A stretch of DNA of 64,000 nucleotides, from the NCBI RefSeq assembly GCF_009834535.1, contig NC_045697.1, positions 12,030,001 through 12,094,000 of the forward strand. Reading direction: 5' to 3'. The DNA comes from Camelus ferus (lineage: Eukaryota). The number at the start of each line of letters is the position of its first letter. The stretch's first letter is position 1. Below the pieces are notes generated by a model that was given only the letters and a program-made list of their open reading frames with translations, did not search any database and was not told the origin of the DNA. Below, in pieces: positions 25,590 through 37,894 of this stretch. A program made the translations under genes and the position numbers.

Positions 25590-26030
25590 TGAGGTCCTAA
25601 GTGTGGGTGACAGAAGACCTCAGAGAAGCTGTGGACATTAGGGCATATGCTCATGATCAGCGTCTTGTAGGAGTGGAGGAAACAGGTTGGGCAGAGGAAG
25701 AAGTTGAACTGTCATGTAGTCTTAAGGTTCTAGCTCATCTCACAGGATGTTCTGAAATTGGGACAGTCCTTTGCTTTGTCCAGAGTTGAGAAAGGGCTAG
25801 GCTGTTGTACCTGTGTATCTACCAGTTGCTGAATGTGGACTAACCCTTGGGGAGGAGGTGTGACCTTGCACAGAGCAAGATCATTGTCCTCAGCCTGGAT
25901 CAGTTCTGTATCTGGGAACTCTAGCCTCCAAAACTCTGTAGCCTGGAGAATGAATGGTCCAGTAGTAAAGGGGGTGGACCTAGGCCCTGTACCACAGCAT
26001 CTGCTACAAGAAGGGGAACGTGTTTGGGGA
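25590..26030. mobile_element. Old ERVL-class solo LTR remnant (LTR33-like)
   Basis: TTGGGCAGAGGAAGAAGTTGAACTG...ACCAGTTGCTGAATGTGGACTAACCCTTGGGGAGG..GTGACCTTG resembles ERVL LTR consensus from memory. Confidence 0.5.
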
Positions 26031-26161
26031 GGAATATGTTAATTTGGTTTTAGACATTATGTATTTGGAACTATGGCAAGATAGTTGGAAATGTCTGATG
26101 TGTAAGCTGTATTGGAATCATATCATTTCAATTTACAAGGATTTTTCTCTTGATTTTCTAG

Positions 26162-26323
26162 GCCTTAACCGTGCATGACAACCTGGCTATAAAAATTTGC
26201 AATGAGATTCTAACGTGTCCATATTCACCAGAAATTCGAGTCTATACGAAAGCCTTGAGTTCTTTAGAACTCAGTAGCCATCTTGCTAAAGATCTTCTGG
26301 TTCTGTTGAATGAGATTCTGGAG
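26162..26323 (+). CDS. NCAPG: NCAPG exon 17, 162 nt, followed by a GC donor
   Basis: ttttctag|GCC...GAG|gcaagt; ALTVHDNLAIKICNEILTCPYSPEIRVYTKALSSLELSSHLAKDLLVLLNEILE. Confidence 0.94.
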
Positions 26324-26559
26324 GCAAGTAGTTTCTAGTTCCTCTTAATGTGTGTATATTTTTATCAAAGTAGAGTTTACATAGTTTTATTAATATTTAT
26401 ACATATATTAGCACATTGTGACTTTGCTCATTTGAGGTAAATATTTCCTTCATAAATTTACTAGAACTTTTAGAATATTTTTAAACATCTTTATCAGTAT
26501 ATAGCTTTTTTGAAAGAAGATTAGAAAATGCTGCATTAAAAAAATGTTTTCTATTACAG

Positions 26560-26698
26560 CAAGTAAAAGATAGAACGTGTCTGAGAGCTTTGGAGAAAAT
26601 CAAGATTCAGTTAGAAAAGGAAAATAAAGAGCATGGTGACCAGGTGGTAGCAGCGCAGGGTGACGGCGCACCTACGGCTGCTTTTCACAGTGAAGGTG
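26560..26698 (+). CDS. NCAPG: NCAPG exon 18, 139 nt (alternative donor 3 nt upstream possible)
   Basis: attacag|CAA...GAAGGTG|gtgaca; QVKDRTCLRALEKIKIQLEKENKEHGDQVVAAQGDGAPTAAFHSEG. Confidence 0.88.
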
Positions 26699-27087
26699 GT
26701 GACAGCATGGTGACCCGAGTGTTTGTGAGACTGTCCTTTTCATCTTTACTGAGACACACTGTGTTCCTCCTCTACATGTGATTGGATATCAGAAATGAAA
26801 GAAGTTTTTCTAATTAACCCCCTGGGAAAGTATATTACTGATAAGTGTTTATTATACTTTTATAGTTTTTTGGGTACATTTCTTACCACATGACCATGCA
26901 TACTGTGTTCTTAGGAGTTTTGCGTGCTTATTGTCCAGTGTGCACATATTTTGGAACATGGATTTATGAAAAATTTTCAATAGCTAGTATTGGGACTGGT
27001 TGTCATTTGTTTTATGAAAAATTGATCACTTAAAATATTTCACGAAGCTATTTTTAATTTACATTGTTATGCTATTTCCTTTAATAG

Positions 27088-27171
27088 AAAAGAATAAAGA
27101 AGTATATATAACTCCTGTTAAGGATGTAAAAACAACCCGAACGAAATCCACTCAGCAAAAGACTAACAGAG
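27088..27171 (+). CDS. NCAPG: NCAPG exon 19, 84 nt
   Basis: ttaatag|AAAAG...AGAG|gtagcg; EKNKEVYITPVKDVKTTRTKSTQQKTNR, including a TPxK CDK-type site. Confidence 0.92.
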
Positions 27172-28749
27172 GTAGCGTATGAATTGACTAACTTTCTAAT
27201 AAAACTGTTCAGTTTTGTTTTCCAATGAAATACTTTGTTTCCTTAGGGATAAAGATTTTGTGATGTCTTAGGTGTCCTTAACTTTCTTTTTGATTTGTTT
27301 TAGCTGATACTAGGTTTTGCTTTGCGTCTAAAAGACAGTAATATCAGTGTTGCTCCAAGTGCTTTTGACTGAAAGAAATATGATGCAAAAGATCATGTTG
27401 CAAAGGAAGATTAGTGTTAAATTAAGATTGTTATTATCAAATGATCAATGATAATTTTATATATTATCACTTACTTCTGTTCTGTCCTGCAGATGATTAA
27501 GCATTTTTTGTCTCTTTTGCCCTCCTAGTATTTTTCCGGGCTTCTGTTTTCCTTTTTCCCAGCGTAATTTATTTCCCAAGGGATATCCAACAATAGGAGA
27601 TTTGTTGGAATAAATGTTGATTTTAGGAGATCACTAGACTTAGAAAAATGTCTGAAATTTAAGATCTTTTTATTGTTTTATTGTTTTCTTATTACAAAAC
27701 AATGCATGCATATTACAGGAGAATCAGAATATACACCCAAGGAGACTAATATAAAGAATGCGAGTAATTCCACCCATGAGCCATTATTTTACTTCTTGAA
27801 AAAATATTTTTGAGGCTCTTTTCTCTGGAGACATAATTTTTTCCTAGATGGAATCTGGCCATAATACTGTTTTGTAGCCAATCAGTTATTTAAATGCTAA
27901 TTGCTGGATATTGTTCCACATTCATCCCATGTTGTTTAGTCCCACATTGTTTAATGTTTTCCTGGGGATAACTGTCTTAGAAGTTTACAAGCAAATATGC
28001 AAAGTTGGAAGAAAACAAAAAGTGTCACCTGAATAGGGTATATAAATTTCAACCAAATGATCATACTGAATAATTTGGTTTTGATCAGATTGCTTTTAGT
28101 CAGATATACCAAGAGAATTCCACTTTTTTTTTTAGTAGCTCAGACTTTAATTATATGTGCTGTTTTATTTCTCATAAATGAGGAGCATCACGGGCCAAAC
28201 TTTGCTTCTTACCCTTTTAAATTTCTAGCAAGTAGAATTTTTGTAACCCCTCCAGTATATAAAGGCTTTAATCTTTATACTGAAGTGTTTTAGAACATAC
28301 ATTTATATTGACCATGTATATGTTTGAATATTTTACAAGTCATTACCTTACTGATTAAAGTTCTGTTTCTTTAGGACCTGTTTTGCAGGGTTAACACATC
28401 TAACATTAATTTTCATTGGTTTCTTCATACAGTTTGTGTCATAGAGGTACTTTCTTTAACATGTTTTTCACATGCTCCTTTCCCCCAAATTAACAAAAAT
28501 TTGCCTCCTTATAACTCAGTTTCCATATACTCCTTTGCCTATTATCAGAGCTTACAAAAGAAATTAGTAAAATTTTAATCTTACTTGGGTTCGTTTTCTC
28601 TGTGGTGTTAATAATTTATATAAAGGTGGCGAGGAAATAGAAGGAAATGTGTTGAAGAGGGAAAATAAAGGATTTGAGTAGCACAGAAAATAGATTTTTA
28701 AATGAGCAACTGATAATACAGTTTGATAATGAATTATATTGTCTTTAAG

Positions 28750-28819
28750 GACGGAGAAAAGTGACAGCTTCAGCTAGAATGAACAGGAGACGTCAGACTG
28801 CTGAGGCTGACTCTGAAAG
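28750..28819 (+). CDS. NCAPG: NCAPG exon 20, 70 nt
   Basis: ctttaag|GACGG...GAAAG|gtatgc; RRKVTASARMNRRRQTAEADSE. Confidence 0.93.
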
Positions 28820-29753
28820 GTATGCCATGCATGTGTAGGATATGTTTTTTTAATTTATATAGAAGTAAAAAAAAATTGTAGTTTGCTTTAACTGTGAAAG
28901 AGAGCAGCTCCATATGCAACAAGATAATCTGTGACAACGGTGAGAGCTTTCTAGATAACGTGCCCTGGAGCACTTGACTTCTTACGGCTTGTGTGCTTTT
29001 CCTGTCCATGGGCATGGCCTTTAGTACTAGGTAGTCATTTTTGTAATACCTTCTTCCAAATTGTTTTTCCATATATTCCTCTAGTTACAAGGTAATGTAT
29101 GTGTGATTTCTCTGATCTTGAATTAGCAAATTACTGAGGTTTAGATTTGGGTTCTCTACATGTATAATGGTAGAATAATTCTGCCTGTAATTTGGACAAT
29201 ATTAGTAGTATAGTGTTATTTTTGGTTTCTGCCAATAAGCTCCTGTAGGAAGCTGAATGGTTACAGCTGTCTGGTATTCATTCATTCATTCATTGGTACA
29301 GTATATATATTTTTAGTATATAATTTTAAGTTTTGACTAAATTTAAAATACCTTTTGGGGAAACTTGCTATTTACAGTGTTTTAGGAATTTATTGCTTAA
29401 ATAAACAGAACTTTTTTTTCCCACTTCTTGAGTTCCCCCCAAAACTCTTGGGTAGTTGTTATGGTCCTTATTTGTTTGTAAGCTTCCTTATAGAAGTTTG
29501 GATTTTTGTCTTTTTTTTCTGTATAACACCAGGTTCCAGTAGATACAAAACGAAATTAGCTAGATTCTCCATGACTCACTTTGCTGGATAGCCAGTCAGG
29601 TTTGTTTGGTTTTAAGATTTTAGTTTTAAGCTTAGTGGAATCGGGATATCAATCATACACTGATAGACAGTCAGAAACAAAAACAGTTTTATTTATAAAT
29701 AAACTGGTTTTAAAGCTTGTATTTAAATTGGTGTATTTTCAACATCTGTTTAG

Positions 29754-29877
29754 TGATCATGAAGTTCCAGAGCCAGAATCAGAAATGAAGATGAGATTAC
29801 CAAGACGAGCCAAAACAGCAGCACTAGAAAAAAGTAAACTTAACCTTGCACAATTCCTCAGTGAAGATGAAAGTTAG
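29754..29877 (+). CDS. NCAPG: NCAPG terminal exon 21, coding part to stop
   Basis: gtttag|TGAT...TAG; DHEVPEPESEMKMRLPRRAKTAALEKSKLNLAQFLSEDES*. All 18 exons sum to 2504 nt (2+834x3) with no internal stop. Confidence 0.96.
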
Positions 29878-29942
29878 AAGAGATGATGGAGGTGGACTCC
29901 TTTGAAAAATGTCCTTTAAAATTATGTTCAGTTGTTTGCTTT

Positions 29943-29948
29943 AATAAA
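29943..29948 (+). promoter_or_regulatory. NCAPG: Proximal poly(A) signal of NCAPG
   Basis: AATAAA 65 nt after the stop codon. Confidence 0.65.
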
Positions 29949-32208
29949 GTTACCCTTGTATGAAAATTAGAAAAAGTCTGATGTCTTGTAGAGCTCTTCC
30001 TGCTGGGTGATTCCATGTCCCTTGGCCTGTACTGAAGCATTAAGACAGCATCTGTCAGTGCTCCGCAGGCTGTCTGCGTCAGTCCCGGCGTGAATCAGTC
30101 TGCGGCGGGCCAGCACCCTGCTTTTCAACCAGCCTTCCCAGGCGATGCCTTAAAATCATGGAGTTACGGACAAGTTTTAAGTGTAACTAGCTGGGGGCTT
30201 GCATTTGACAAGGTTTTAACTTAGATGTGGCAGATCCCACACAGATTAAAAACATCTCGGAACACATTTTACAACACCTTAAGAGTAAAATGAAGTACCA
30301 CAAACTGGCTAGAAAGGAGCTTACTTCCAGGAAAAGACCAGTATAATGAACCAAGGTATCCAGCATCCGAGTTCAATAGGTACCATTTTGATAATTTTGT
30401 GATTCTGACACTAAAAACATTTTGGTAATGCTACCTGCATGGGTAATTTTTTTTCCTAAAATAGCTGCGTATGAGAGCCCTACTTTGCTTACGTTGTTTC
30501 CTGGGCTACAGAGATGTTCATATTTACATATTAATCATGGAGTTTTCTATGTTTTTGGCATAAAATATTTATTGTAGATAATAAAAAAACTGGGAAAAGA
30601 TGTGGCAGGAAGCCCACTACATACTAATTTATGAGCACTATTTCTTTACTGTCCACTTTCTGAAATCGGCACTTGCCTGACTTAGGAAACCTACGCTGTG
30701 GGAAATCAGTCCTCTTTCCTTCTACAACACCCAACAAAACACCTTTTATTATCCCTCTGATAATCGTCTTTCTCTTTATTATACAGAATAGAAATACCCT
30801 AACATTGGATCTGTTTTAATAGTAATTGTGCTTTTTTAGGTTTATTGACCAGAGGCCATTTATTTAAGGTGATATTCTAAGATGGAGCCAAAGTAAGATT
30901 GCTGTGCTTTTTTGAACCAAATTGCTACATTACATACGTATATGTGCTTTATAAAACTTAGAAATACAAAAGGAGTCTGAAGGCTACAAAGTAAGAATGC
31001 TTATTAAGCAAAAAGGAAAAGGCAGATGTGGTGATATAAAACAATGGAAAATAGATGATTGTTTTTCATTCTGTTGGCTCTGTGTCTTTTCCTGTGCTTC
31101 AAATTCCTTATGTAAGTCTTTTTTTGTTAAATCCCTGTCTTTGTAAAAATAATTTGGGGGCTGGGGCAGGTAAGGAGAAATAAGGACTTTCAAGGTACAC
31201 AAAATGTGCCATAAGTAAAAGTCTTCAGAAACACAGCGAACTAAATCCCATTTAACCCACAGCCAGGCTATCTGAGGGGAAGGAGCCAGGTTCTTACATA
31301 CTTACATGGAACACCATACCAGAGCATTCTTTCTCTGGCACAGGAAAAATAAATTTAAGCACCAAACTTTGAGTATTCTTACTATTCAAGTTTTAGACAC
31401 AATCACATAAGCTAATGATGAAGCTATGCTTTTGCACTATTAAGGAATATTATCCTGATTTTAAGACATCCCTTTACACTTTAAAATAAATGGCTAAAAT
31501 ACAATAAAATCAATATATATAAATCCATTTACCATTTTTCACTCAAAACTGATAATTTACAGAAACCAAACAGCATTCTTGTCTGTAAAAGAGGCACAGA
31601 TTTGCTGAATAGTAAACATGCAATTGTGCCATTGCTCTTAAAGCCCACAGACTGCAGGTTTAAAAACAAATAACTGATGAGCTCAGATTTTCACATGAAT
31701 GGCAACATGCTACTTCATGATAAACTATGATCAATCTTTCTATACATATATAACTTTGAAAGAGTTACACTTCAAAGAGATACCTTTGCCTTTGACCAAT
31801 TTGCTTCGAGGTAGTTGGTATCCACCTGTTACACGACTGCTCATGGGCCAGGTTATCGTCACAAATCCTCACACTGCTAGCCTTCTATATCTCACAATGC
31901 GTTATATATTAAGCTTTGGGCACGGAAAACTAGGGAAAATTATTTCAACTTACGGCGTAAAAAATTCACAAAATACTGTTAAAAAGAGAAACATCAAAAT
32001 CCATTTGTTCTGCAAAATTCCACAATGGTCTGGTGTAAAACATGTAAAAAAAAAAAAGTACAAAGAATATAATCAAAATGATTAATGCTAATGATTTAAT
32101 ATATAGACAAATCACAGGATTAGAAATCTTTCAAAATCAATGATGAATGCTTATCAGCAGAAAGAATATTGGCATACAGAGTAAGGACAGTGCAAGAAGA
32201 ACTGCAAT

Positions 32209-32389
32209 CTATTTCTCTTCACGTTTGAGATTTTGGTTTTGGACTGTACAGCTCGCTAGAGATGCTGCTGTCAAATTCAGATTCCATTCAGTGGGACGAT
32301 TAAGGCACATCTTAACGGGGCTCAAAGGGCAACTTGCTGTATTCCCATCAGACAAATTCAGTTTCTCATCAGTTTTCACTTGTAGCATG
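32209..32389 (-). CDS. LCORL: LCORL distal terminal exon, read in two frames
   Basis: Acceptor tttttttttccag|CATG. Joined from exon 61153-61246 (phase 2) it encodes MLQVKTDEKLNLSDGNTASCPLSPVKMCLNRPTEWNLNLTAASLASCTVQNQNLKREEK* (TAG 32211-32209), which matches the short human LCORL isoform C-terminus as I recall it. Joined from the PALI2 exon (phase 1) it encodes ACYK* (TGA 32378-32376). Confidence 0.88.
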
Positions 32390-35300
32390 CTGGAAAAAAA
32401 AAAGTGTAAATCACTTTAGTTTTACTTTAATTTCAAAGAAATTATCAACCTTGTAAAAGAAAATTCAGTTCTAGTGCTTGGACCTCAAAATATTAGAGTA
32501 GATACAGCATTTATGATCCTGAAAGTACAAGAGTTTGTTGTTTTTAGCTCCTGCCTCACTGAACTGAATACAATACAGATAATGGTGAGGCCACTCAGAT
32601 ACCACAGGACAGAAACAGCATGTATGGCTTTTATCAGTGTACATCAGAAAGCATATCTTACCTACTGAGCTTGGCTGGATTAAACTCTTTTAACTTTTCC
32701 TTTAACCAGCCAGGATCAGAGTCACTTCAAGACAAGAAGCAATTTATTGAATGCCGACTATATTCTAGGCACATTACATGTCTTATCTTACTTAAACATC
32801 GTAACAACCAAGCAAGGTTGGCATGCTTAAGCGCATAAGAAACGATAAAAGTGAGTCGCAGAGAGTTGAAGTACAAATGAAGTCAAGACACGGGGCTGGA
32901 ACTGGAACACAGTCCTTGCTCTTCCCCTTATGCCTGTCTACCAGCTCTCTGAGAACCTCCTCTAGAATCACAGAGTCCACAGGGCAGCGAGCCACCACGT
33001 GCAATGCACACGTAATCCCATCTTAAGTAATACTGATGATACTCATTTCACATTTTCCAGTGTGAATCCTTATGGTTAGAAACCATTTAATAGCTTGCTA
33101 TACATTAGCTCATTTGACACTTAACTGATTGGTTGGGCTGCATCCTTCCTAAGCTTTCTCCAACCACAGGTCAACGATTCTTCCCATTAGTAAAGAGGAA
33201 GCTGAGCTGGGTAGTTTTTAAGCAACTTGTTCGAGCTGGTAAATGACAGCAGCATCCAGACTTAAGTAGTAGCATTCTCCTGATCCCTCCTTGCAACTTC
33301 AAGCAACTGACTCACTTGCCATTCAATAACCCAGAGAGATTTAACCTGTTAAGCCACTTTACAAGATCGAACATTACCCTGTTAGCAACTATCATGTTTT
33401 TCACTGAGTCCTCTGCAGACAAACCATCCCAGTTCTACTGAAATGACATGATTTCAACTTTTGTAAACAGATAGGAAATAAAACGACAGGTAGCTTATAA
33501 GATTACTCATCAAAAAGTAAACTTCACAACAGTATAAACGGACGATAACTCAATAAAACAAATTCACATTAAAAAAAAAAGTAATCACTTAAAAAAAGCC
33601 CAAACCTTGAGATACAATTAATAACATTAATGTTTTTCTTCCTCCAAGGAACTGCTAGTCTTCGTATTTTTATTATTTGTATTTTCAAAACAAAAAAGTT
33701 TGTATACTTCTTCGAGAAACCCTAAGGCAAACTATAAAAATACAATGAAATTAATTGAGATAGCTCGGTAGATAACTAACAGGTGTCAAACTCCAAAATA
33801 AGAAATGATGGCATGGAACAACAAATCATGGTGATAAAAATAACTGTTTTCTGTTTGCTCTCTGATTGACAAAAGTGTATTCATCAGAGAATAATACTCA
33901 ATAACTACATTATTGTTCTTTTCAGTACTTTAAAGACAATTTTTTAAAGTGACTTTTCCAGAGGGTGTGCTCTAAATTTAGGAACACAGACTCCAGGGAT
34001 GCACAAAACGACATGCATCGGAAGAAAATACCAGTTAAGAAAAAGAGTTAAACGTTAGTACCAATAAACAGACTAACATGTTTACTCCCTCATAAATATA
34101 TATCTACAAAAAGACAACTAGTTGGTATTGAAGTCTGGGCACTTCTGATCTACAGAACCCTGAGAACAGAATGGAGCTCTCTCGAAGTGCGAGAACCAGA
34201 GGCACTGGAGTAGCATTAGAGGGAACTTTCTAGTCACTCCCTACTGCTTTTTAAAAGATAGGGAAGCTAAGGTAGAGGGAAATAGACTTAAATAAGCTGC
34301 TCTTTCTCAGAGCGTCCTAACCACACGTATGTGGACAAATACAAGAACTTGGATCCCTAATTATAATCTACTACTTACCAGAGCACTTTTCATTTCCATT
34401 TTCTACACCAAATTATTTAACATTTATTGAGTACCCATCAGAAAGCACTTTTGGGTTACAAAGATGAGAAAGATACAGTCCATGCTTTCAAAGAATTTGC
34501 AACCTAGAGGAATTTTGAACAAATACCCCTTTATATCTGGAAATTAAAATTTTGACCAAACTTGTTAAGTTTAATGCTAGACACCTGTCATATAATTATA
34601 TATTTGTACCAAGTGAAAGATTAATAAATATTTCTCAAGTTTTCTTGATGGATTTTTTAAACAATGGTAATAAGTCTGCAAAATTAAAAGATCAATCATT
34701 ACAAAATGTTATACAATGAAGTCTCTCAGTGCTCCGAGTCCTTCTTCTAGGAGCAATTCTTCGAGATAGTCCCTTTACATTGATATATATATCTGTGTTT
34801 CAAATACCTCCTTTTCCCCTACACAATTCTGTATACCGTTCCATATCTCACTTGTATATTTTGGAGTGTTTCGTACTTGTACAATGAATACTTGATTCTT
34901 TAGCTACAGAGGATTCCATTCTATGCATATGTTATCATTGACTTTGCCAGTCTTCGACTGATAAACTTTTGGGCTATTCCAATCTTTTGCTTAAAATACC
35001 AATGTATTGAATATTCTTATGTGTCTCTTCAAGTATGTGTGCAAGTACATCTTCCTTCCAAAATTTCCTTCATAGACTGTGTACCATTTTACACTCTAAC
35101 GATGTATGAATGTATCTCCCTTCCCTCACACTCGTACAATATATAATAAAATTTATGGAAGCTTAAAAAAATGGTATGCTATTGTTTAATTTGCATTTTT
35201 CTTCTGAGTAAGGTTAAACTTGTTTTCATATCTTAGAAGCCATTTGTATTTCCTTTTCGTCGTTCTTTGCCAGTTGAGATGGTCTTTTTCTCATTGATAT

Positions 35301-35534
35301 GCACTTAAGATTAATCCTGTGGTCTATGTGAGTTACAATCCCACTCCCCTCCTCACCCTGCCTAGTTCACTGTATCTGCTTACAGTGATTTTGTCGTGAA
35401 TCCATTTAAAATTTTCTATTATCAGGTTTATCAGTTTTATTTCATGGCTTCGCTGCTTTACATCATGATTAGAAAGCTGAATTAGCAGCATTTGAATCCT
35501 CTGATAAAGTGGCTTTATAAATCTCTATCAAGGA

Positions 35535-35790
35535 TTCTTACGAAAGCTCAGCAGCAGTGCACACAGCGGCACTTTGGGGAGAAACGAGTTGGGGGAAAGA
35601 ATGTAGGGACCTGGGTTCCAGTTCTGACAATATTAACAATCAGCCTTACGACCTTGGACAAGTAACCTTAGCCTCCTTCAGCCTCATTTTCTTCGTCTGT
35701 AAGAAAAAAAATGACATCTCCCGATTAACTTACGTGTTTCTGATGATCTAACAAGAGTCAATTAACGTGCTTTAGAAACCATATGGAGTT
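35535..35790 (+). mobile_element. MIR SINE remnant
   Basis: GACCTGGGTTCCAGTTCTG..GACCTTGGACAAGTAACCTTAGCCTC..CAGCCTCATTTTCTTCGTCTGTAAG is the MIR core. Similar weaker MIRs occur near 10860-11050, 32740-32950, 36540-36760 and 37205-37350. Confidence 0.65.
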
Positions 35791-37894
35791 ACAAACGCGA
35801 AGGTTCAGTTTAACACCGCGCAGTTTGGTGAAGGGGGAAGAAGCTAGGAGAGGGGTACTTATCCCAAGTAAGGCCTCTCTGTCTCTGTCCAGTCAGGAGC
35901 CTAGATGGTAGGTGAGGGCTGAACAAGGGCATTGTGTAGACATCTAAGCCTGTTTTCAATGCTTCAGTAATTTCACACACCCCAAGACAGAGCCCCTCTC
36001 CACCACCTGAACGGAATCTTACAGAATATGTGCATTTGGAAAGTATAAAAGATAAAAATCTTCTGTGGGTCATGGAAAGACAATTATCGTTTGTGATTTG
36101 AATGATTACTGATAATTCTAATTTTAACAAAAATGATTTTTATATATTCAACTCTAATAATTTAAACTTGTTTTATTTATTACTGGAGGTATGTGATGGT
36201 TCATTTCTGTCATACAGACAATAAACTTTAAGTTAGCCACGTTGCGGGAAACACACTTTAGCATGATCAAGACAGGTCGGAAAATACCACTTATAAAGTA
36301 GTTGCGACACGCCAGGGTTTTGCAGATTGGTGAGGAGGCAGAGAGAAAAGTATTTGTAAGTTACCAGAATTAAAAGCAGCATGCAGTAAATATAAATAAA
36401 AGGAATAACTAAGGCTGGAGGAATTACAGAGAAGGGATAGATTAATCCCAGCAGTGGGGAAACTGGGGGGAAAACATTTGAAATAGGTCTTTAGGGATGA
36501 GGATTTTAGTAAACTGGGTCAGAGGGAGACTTCCTAGAGCCTGAGTTTGGAGTTCGGAGTTCGGAGCCTGAATCGAATCACCTGCTGAGTGTACATTCTT
36601 TAGCCTCTAAGCTTCAATTTAACTGGGGAGTGAAGATATAATACCCACATCTTAAGGGAAATGCGATTACTAAATGACTTTATGTAAATAAAGCATAGAG
36701 AATGCATGTAAAATGCCTGTTTGGACACGCAGTAAGGAGTCAATAAACCTAAGCTAATATTAGTACTAATAACAAGAATTAAAATCAAAAGGTTCACATG
36801 TGGGGATAAACAATGGCAGATATTTGCTTATGCAATGTTCACCAAATTAGTTTGTTCCTATAATTTGTGTAGACAGGTAAGTAATGCAACAGTTAATTTT
36901 GAATCTCCAGGCTTAAAGGGGGTCAAATGTAAAAGAGCCACAGCATGTAGCCAGGAGAACATGGTCTACCAGTTAACCGTGAGATCTAATGTGAGGAAAT
37001 AAATTCTTCATCTTGGTGGCAAATTCTGTAAGAGTTAGGTTGTACAGGTTTTGGGGTTTTTAAAAAGACAAATTTATCTCAAGAGCAAAATTTCCCTTTG
37101 GTAGGATACTGATGAATTTAAAGGCCTTGGAAGAATCTTAAGTGGGAGATTTTAAGTCAGATATTTTTCCTGACTTGCTTTTGATGATTCAGTATATTTA
37201 TCTGGAGGAGCAGAACCGCCTAGTGGTTAAGAGCAAGACTTTGAAATCTGATACTCTTGGATTAGAATCCTAGATTTGCAATTTACTGCAACCAATTTTA
37301 GGAAAATTACTTTTTCAGTAAAAGATTAGCACACTGGTGCAAACCAAGTGTTACCATGATTATTAGAGAGCAAACTGTGATAATCAGGAACTCGAGAGAA
37401 AACATCTAGAATGGAAAGAATAGTTTGTACTGAGAAATGGGATAGCTACTGACATTTTTAGTTGAATAGAATGAAGAAAATTATAGTCAGATCAAGGGCA
37501 CAAAGCCAATTCTTTTCAGGAGCCAATGACCACAGTTTGCACTGCTATGTGATTTAGATGAGATCCTTGGCCGATTAGGGACAAAAGCTTTCCCTGAATT
37601 TCTTAATGAACTTGTATATAAACTTGGGGTAACACAACTGCGCCTAAAGCAGTATCTTAAATATAACAGGTATTCAATTATTCAATAAATACATAAATGT
37701 GATTGATATTTTTATAAAAATAGAAAATTTCAGTACTACATTAATATGAAATTAAAAGCAATTAGCAAGTTGTTAGTCTAAGATAATGCCAACTAGCTAA
37801 CTAGAAAATATTGCAGAACCTGGTATGATTTAAACCAGTGTTTCTGGATCTGTTCCCATCTCTCTTTTCAGGAACTTATCAGTGATCAGCATCA

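Noticed and set aside
31699..32419. Plus-strand ORFs of 128 and 90 aa
   Set aside because: Antisense to the LCORL distal exon and UTR; no splice or homology support.
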